A stretch of 64,000 bases of DNA from assembly GCF_009914755.1 (NCBI RefSeq), contig NC_060936.1. The stretch is one strand, 5' to 3'. Positions 52,944 to 64,000 of the stretch are shown in pieces (position 1 is the first letter of the stretch; every line of letters begins with the position of its first letter). The notes under the pieces are model-generated. The model worked only from the letters and a program-made list of their open reading frames with translations, had not been told where the DNA came from and did not search any database. A program made the position numbers and the translations under genes. Source of the DNA: the human T2T-CHM13v2.0 reference genome, Homo sapiens.

Positions 52944-53321
52944 TTACACCAGTTTTAAATCCTACAACATCCTAGGTGTGCTAGCTTGGATTGGTCACTC
53001 AGACTCCAGGGTTCTACAGTCTCGTGTAAAATGAGAAGGAGAATATCTACCTCATGAAGTCACTGGGAGATTTAGAGAAAAAACACACATGAAGAGTTTA
53101 AATAATGATGATAATGAAGATCTTTCAAAGCCTGTTTCTGTGTAGCCCTGAAGGGTTACTGTGGGTCACCCTACGGAAAGATCTATGCTCTCCAGCAAAA
53201 TCAGAAGACTGGACACAAATGTGTGAAATGAGGAAATCATAAAATACACAAGATTAGCAAGTGACTAGGATTTAATCCAGGCTGACTGGAGTCAGGTTTT
53301 ATGTGGTGTCATGGAGGTAGG

Positions 53322-53416
53322 TAGGGTGGCCAGCTTTTCCCAGTTTGCCTGAGACTTGCCTGGGTTTAGTGCCGGAAGTCCCATGTCCTGAGCAAACTAG
53401 GATAGTTGGTCACCTT
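53322..53416. mobile_element. MER81 (hAT-Blackjack MITE)
   Basis: Terminal inverted repeats TAGGGTGGCCAGC... / ...GTTGGTCACCTT. Confidence 0.75.
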
Positions 53417-53439
53417 GCACGGAGAAGCACTGAAGGAAT

Positions 53440-54560
<1,121 letters not shown>

Positions 54561-55035
54561 GAGGTGTTTAGAGTTTATTCCCTGGCCTGGGGTCTGCCAG
54601 TTGTCCTGGCTGGTGGTCAGGAGTGAGGGCCTGCCAGAGCAAAGCCCTGGGAGAAGATTCGAAGGAGGAAAGAGACACAGGCTAAGCTTCATGACTGACT
54701 ACCCTATGGGAGAAACAAGGAGAAGAAATAAAAGTTGGGCCACTCTGGCACTGGACTGGCTGGATACCATCTTAGTTTTGGGTCTAGCTTTTAGGACAGT
54801 AAGGTGCACTGAGTCTTCCTTGTGTTCAGGTCAAAGACGCTCATTGTCCCTATTTGCTCTGTTAATTTTTTCTGTCCAGTGCAAAAACATTTATTGAGCA
54901 TCTTGGAGTTGGACCCCCCATTACTGAGCCCTCAGTGTACAAAGAGAATTAAGATAAAAGCTCCATCCACAAGGAACTTATGATACAGTGGTGAAGGCAG
55001 ATGCAGACACACACACACACACACAGCCACACTAG

Positions 55036-55388
<353 letters not shown>

Positions 55389-56018
55389 ATCCCGAACTTT
55401 CTGCTTTCCTTTTGATGGGATCCCTCTTCCCCTTCTAGGGAGGTAAAGACAGAGACTCTGCAGGCATCACAGAGGACTTCTCTGGGTTCTATGGCTGCCC
55501 TAAAAAGGCTTGGAGTGTCTGGGCAGTGTGGCACTGCCCCTGGTGCTTGGGACCCAGCCCTGCGCTCTGCTACACAGTCTTTACGTCTGCCCCTTAATTT
55601 CCAGGACTTTCAATTTCCTGATCTAAGAGAATTTTATAGACATGGTGTGCGTGGCTGGCTGTAATAACCGTCTGTTGAATAAATGACCCCTTCTGTCTTG
55701 ACTTGCAGGTAGTTAAACCTCATGCTGAGAGCAAAGGTGAAAGACTCGGGGCGAGCGGTGTAGGGGTTTGCTTTGCCAGTGACCTGCAGGCTGTCTTCAC
55801 TCTTTCACTTTGTCACTGACAGAACATGACTAACAATGTTTATTTACCTCCTTTGGTGTTTGGAACTGCTTAAGCAAAAATATTTGGTATAAGAAATGCT
55901 TCCTGACTTCTGCTGTTGGGTCCCACTGAGTTAGCACCCCAATTTATCTCTAGGGGATAAATTGTCCCCCACCTACCCCATGTGTATCCTGGGCTTTGGG
56001 TAATATTAAATGCATCCT

Positions 56019-56327
56019 GGCCAGGCGTGGTGACTCACACCTGTAATCCCAGCACTTTGGGAGGCCAAGACAGGCAGATCACCTGAGTTTCGGAGTTCAA
56101 GATCAGCCTGGCCAACATGGTGAAACCCCATCTCTACTAAAAATACAAAAATTAGCCATAGGCGATGGCAGGTGCCTGTTAATCCCAGCTACTCAGGAGT
56201 CTGAGGCCGGATAATCACTTGAACGTGGGAGACGGAGGTTGCAGTGAGCTGAGATCGCATCACTGCAGTCTAGCCTGGGTGACAGAGTGAGACTCTGTCT
56301 CAAAAAACAGAACAAAACAAACAAAAA
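56019..56327 (+). mobile_element. AluS
   Basis: Dimeric Alu. Confidence 0.95.
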
Positions 56328-56634
56328 CGCATACTTCAGCTCTGGGGGTGCCATGTGACTCAGGACTGGCCAATCAGAACACTGTGTTTTCCTGGCCACA
56401 GGGATTGGATCAGAGATGGACCTGTGGTCCAATCAGAGCCAACAGGATGCAAATATTTTTGCAACAACCTTTGGAAAAGGCTCCCTAATCTTCTCTACCG
56501 GACTTGAAGCTGAGAAAATGGGACAGGGCCTTCTGACAGCCATTTCGTGGAGATAGGAGTGGAAGCAGTATGGAAAAAAAGCCAGGTTCTGGTGATATTT
56601 GCACCCCTAGATTCCACAGGGCCTGAAACCAACC

Positions 56635-57071
56635 ATGATGGTTAATTATATATGTCAACTTGAATGGGCCACAGGGTGCCCAGAGTAAACATTGTTTCTA
56701 GATGAGATTAGCATTTGAATATGTGGATTCAGTACAAGTAGACTGCCTTCTCCCATGTGGGCGGACATTGTCCAATCCTGAATGAAACAAAAGGCAGAGG
56801 GAGAATGCATTCACCCTTTTTTCCGCCGCCTCAGTGTTTGGGCTGGGACACCTTATCTCACCTTCTCCTGCTCTTGGACTGGGATTGACATCATGGTCTT
56901 CCCTGGTTCTCAGGTCTGATTGACACCGCCAGCTTTCCTGGGCCTTCAGCTTGCTGATGGCAGATCGTGGTACTTCTCAGCCTCTGTAATTCCATGGGCC
57001 AATTCCTCATACGGTGTATATAAGCATATATTATAGGTTCTGTTTCTCTGGAGAACTCTGGCAGACATACC
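56635..57071 (+). mobile_element. MLT2B (ERVL) LTR
   Basis: TGATGGTTAATTATATATGTCAACTTGA...GGTTCTGTTTCTCTGGAGAAC. Confidence 0.85.
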
Positions 57072-57244
57072 ACCTATTCTCTAGACTTTTCAGTTGTGTG
57101 TGCCAATACATTCCTCATTTTGCCTAAACCAGCTCAAGTTGGAGCAGTGCCTACTTAGAATCTAAAGAGTCCTTGTGTGCTCATCATTTAGACTAGGGGT
57201 CAGCAAACCACGACTTGTGAGCCAAATCCAATCCAACACCTATT

Positions 57245-58780
<1,536 letters not shown>

Positions 58781-58856
58781 GCCACCAGTTTTGTAAATAA
58801 AGTTTTATTGGAACACTCACACTCGTTTGTCATTTACATATTGTCTATGGCTGCTT

Positions 58857-59459
<603 letters not shown>

Positions 59460-59653
59460 TATGGCTACTTTTACAACAGCGGAGTTGAGTAGTTGCTACA
59501 AACATGATATGATGTGCAAAACTTAAAATATTTTCTGTGTCACCCTTTACAAAAAAGTTTACTGATCCCTGATTTAGACTAATCCTTTTATTTTTAATTA
59601 GAGGAAATTAAGCCTGAGAAATATTGTATCTCTATGTCGAGGCAAATGGCTAG

Positions 59654-59989
<336 letters not shown>

Positions 59990-60056
59990 TAGGACTGGAA
60001 TCTTTCTGGGACTCGGTTCTGACATCCATGAAGTGGGATACAATGCCCACCTTATA

Positions 60057-60492
<436 letters not shown>

Positions 60493-60622
60493 CTAATTTC
60501 TCATCCAGATGCTTTTTCTGTCACCCAGCTGGCTCTAGCTGAGTTACCGGTGTTCCTACTGAGTCTTCCTTACTCTGATCTGAAAGCCTAAGATATGCAT
60601 CTTACATAAAAATTAGAATCAT

Positions 60623-60916
<294 letters not shown>

Positions 60917-61189
60917 TCAAAAAAGATTCACGCATCTGGACATATCACTCAGCATGCAGACTGGAGTCCTCTCTTCTCTCCCACATCCTGGCGTCTCTTC
61001 TGTCCTCTGGCACACCATCACTGTTGGCCAGCAAGCTGGGTCTCTCATCTCTTCAGCCTTGTCTCCATCCTAGCTCTGTGTCTCTGGGTCAGTACCAATT
61101 ATCCATACACACATTCATGCATCCCAGGACAAGGCCAAGCTTCTGTCGGGAACACGGACTCCATTTGAAGTCAGGCAGGTAGGGTGGGG

Positions 61190-61520
61190 ATCTGGCCCTT
61201 ATACCTGGCTGTGGAATCTTGAGTGTGTTACTCAACCCCTCTTGGCCTCAGTTTCTTTATCTGTAAAGCATGGACAGCCATGTTTACCTGTCAGGGCCAC
61301 CCTGAGTATGAAATGAACTAACAAATGGGAAGCCAGCATGGTTTAATGAACGTGTTCTCCAGGAAGTAGGGGTCAAAAAACAACCCTCTCTATATATTGC
61401 AGCAGTGTAAAGAGCCTTATATGCATTCTTCCCATGTTACAGTGGGGACAGGGGCTCAGAGATGTGAAGTGAGCTTCCCAAGGTCACACAGCAAGTGAGC
61501 GGAAGGGCTCTGCGCCTAAC
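61190..61520. mobile_element. MIR(+) and MIR(-) fragments
   Basis: GGCCTCAGTTTCTTTATCTGTAAAG; CCCAAGGTCACACAGCAAGTGAG. Confidence 0.75.
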
Positions 61521-61610
61521 TTCCTGTACCACCTCAGGCCAGCTCCTTCTCTACTTGGGGCCTCCGTGTCCCCATCATTGTTCAGATGATCTAGAAGCTC
61601 TCGTTCTATT

Positions 61611-61917
61611 CTTTTTCTTTTTTTTTTTTTTCAGACAGAGTCTCACTCTTGTTGCCCAGGCTGGAGTGCAGTGGTGCGGTCTTGGAACATGGGAGGCAAC
61701 CTTAGCCTCCCAGGTTCAAGCAATTCTCATGCCTCAGCCTCCCAAATGGCTGGGATTATAGGCACTTGCCACCACGCCTGGCTAATTTTTGTATTTTTAG
61801 TAAAGACGGGGTTTCACCATGTTGGCCAGGCTGGTCTTGAACTCCTGACCTCAGGTGATCTGCTGCCTCAGACTCCCAAAGTGCTGGGATTACAGGTGTG
61901 AGCCAACATGCCTGGCC
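61611..61917 (-). mobile_element. AluS with an internal short inversion
   Basis: Antisense Alu, TSD CTCGTTCT. Confidence 0.93.
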
Positions 61918-62439
61918 TCTCGTTCTCTTCTATATCCAGAGTCCTAACTCCCTCATGGTTCATCTCCTGGGAGGGGCGGGGACGGCTTACCCACCTGTCC
62001 TTCACCTGGCCTCCTGACCCACAGGGAGTGCCCCCACATCTGTCCCCAAGGCTTCTCTCCCCTCCCTTCCCTCTCTCCTTCCTGCTGCTTAAGAGCATTA
62101 TTTGCTTCTTGCAAAATGGCCTTATGCTGGGGAGAGCCCCCTCTGCGTCCTACAGGTATTTCTGCTCTTGGCTGACTTGTTTTCACAGTGCCGATCTGAC
62201 AGTTCTGCAATGGAAATGAGGGTTTTCTGGCATGGTTGTGGCAGGGTGCGGAAGCTTTACTCAGCTCAGACTCATGACAACGATGATTCCTCATAATAAG
62301 CCCTCTCATCTGAGTCAGCTACCCAGGAATTCTATAAAATACGTGGGAAGAGGCCCCTGGTGGGAACTTAGATCCCGACGGTCACTCTTCCTGGTGTGGC
62401 TGGTCCTGCCTTAGTTACTGCCACCTCCCTCTGCCCTTC

Positions 62440-62742
62440 ACAGCCAATTCCTACTTCTCCTTCAAGTCTGGTCTAAAATGTCACCTCCTTAGAGAGGCCC
62501 TCCCAGATTGCTCATGTAAATAGCCTCTTCCCTCCATTCTCATCCTAGCTTCCTGTTTGCTTCCTTCAGCAGACTTAACCCAAATTACAATTTTACACAT
62601 TCATGTTATTTGCGGGCTGTTAAGTATTAAAGATTCTGAAAGGGGTGGGGCTGGCGTCACGTTTTTCATTGATCCCTGCCCCAGCTCTGTCAGTGTCTAG
62701 CACACAGTAGGTACTCCATGCATTTTCGGTGAATGAATAAAA
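62440..62742 (+). mobile_element. L2 3' end
   Basis: AATGTCACCTCCTTAGAGAGGCCCTCCC...GCACACAGTAGGTACTCC...TGAATGAATAAA. Confidence 0.8.
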
Positions 62743-63499
62743 ACATTGTTTGGAGCAGTGAGGGAGGCCCGGGGAAGCTGCTTTTTGGCAGTGAGAACAC
62801 GCGGAGCTGGAGATCCTCCTGCAGGGAGCTGACTTCATCCTTCTTGTTCCCGTCCCAAACCTTGTCCAGAGGCTACAGGGAGGGAACTGTATGTACAACT
62901 ATCTTTGCAGCTTTTCAGACTTCCGAACAAGCTGCCTTCCCAAGAAAACACATTACCCAGAGGCTTTTTCTCCCCTCCTGCTCAGACAGGCAGTGGCCCA
63001 AGGAACGGCGTTTTGTTTATGATAATAAAGTGGGACCCATGGCAACGCATTGTGATGTCATGGCAGTGTGAGATCATAAATCCTTCCAGGGGAAGAATGA
63101 AGCGCAGCGGACACAGTGGCTTCTCAGCCTCCCCTGGCCCAACTGAGGCTGTTGCTAGATATGTTTTTCCTGTATCAGGTGGTTCATTTCTTTTTTTCTT
63201 TTTCTTTTTGCCTCTTGATCTTTTTTTTCTTTTGTCCCTAAAGAAAAAAAATTAAAATAAATAAATAAAAGTTTTAAAAAAACTCTGAGTGGAAAGATTT
63301 GTCCCAGGAATTTCCTGCTGGCTAATGTCCAGTTCGCAGAGAATGCCAGCAATAATGGGAACAATGCTCACTCGTCCCGGACCTGTGATGAGAAAACTTT
63401 CCCAATTCCCCAGTTCCGTGGCTGAAATATGGCAAAGCCTTGGAGAGTTACTGGGCAGCGGACCATGGAGTTTGCAAGGAAAGATGTCCCTTGCTCACA

Positions 63500-63820
63500 C
63501 TCTTAGTCTGCCCGTCCACCGTCAACCTTTCTCTCTCTTTTGCTCCTTCTCCATTTCTGTTTCTTCTTGCCACTCTCAATCTGTCTGGCTCTCTCTTACG
63601 TGGGTTTTCCGTTGTTTCTCCACCACTCTCCGTTTGTCCCTCTCCAGCTTCGTCTCGATCTCTCTTTCTCAGTCTCAGTCTGTGTTTTTCTTTCTCCACA
63701 TTTCATTCTCCTGCTGAGTCTGTCTGTCCCTCCCAGGCTCTGTCCTGGTGGTCCTCACTGGTTTGGACTCGCTGTTTCTCTCTTTCCCCACTCACTTTCC
63801 TCCTCCCTTCCCTCTGTGCT
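63500..63820. repeat. CT-rich low-complexity tract
   Basis: Strongly pyrimidine-biased TCTC/TCTG degenerate repeats. Confidence 0.75.
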
Positions 63821-64000
63821 TATGTTACTGAAGGAAATCACATTTGGAACTCTGAGGACTGAAGAAGGGCAAAGCTGCCCCTGGGGTTTTGTGATCTGCA
63901 AGCTGAGTGGCGACGGGTCCCTATTTCCAGGGTGGGTGTTCCGCGAGGCAAACCAGACCCCGACGCAGGATATCTACCCCCATTCAAGGAATATGTTGAG

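Larger units (their letters stand above)
55910..57175 (+). mobile_element. Old MLT1K/L-like LTR interrupted by an Alu and MLT2B
   Basis: CATGTGACTCAGGACTGGCCAATCAGA...TTTTCAGTTGTGTGTGCCAATACATTCC. Confidence 0.65.

Noticed and set aside
55530-55548. Possible CTCF sites (also ~44258-44272 and ~62417-62435)
   Set aside because: Each misses core positions or spacing of CCASYAGRKGGC.

Overview
Primate (human-like) genomic DNA with no supportable protein-coding exon, structural RNA gene or CRISPR array; it reads as intergenic or deep-intronic. I could not identify the locus. I count about 74 Alu elements or fragments (roughly a third of the window), plus old L1M, L2 and MIR relics, a short L1PA 3' end, many solo LTRs (THE1/MST, MLT1, MLT2, LTR33, two MER41A) and DNA-transposon fossils (Tigger13a, MER58A, MER45A, MER63, MER81, MER91, MER103). 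None of the supplied ORFs looks like a real gene; the longer ones derive from repeats or low-complexity sequence. Subfamily names come from my memory of consensus sequences, and boundaries are approximate unless a target-site duplication (TSD) is quoted. Four things are not explained by ordinary repeats. (1) A ~240-bp inverted duplication of apparently unique sequence (34631-34862 vs 39097-39341) with conserved blocks carrying GATA/TEAD-type motifs. (2) An Alu-monomer retrocopy with BC200-like architecture and 3' unique domain (1567-1783). (3) A compact hepatocyte/endoderm-type motif cluster (44085-44310). (4) A run of strong C/EBP-class sites across 36.0-44.2 kb, one of them inside a MER41A LTR. 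All regulatory interpretations are inferences from motifs only.
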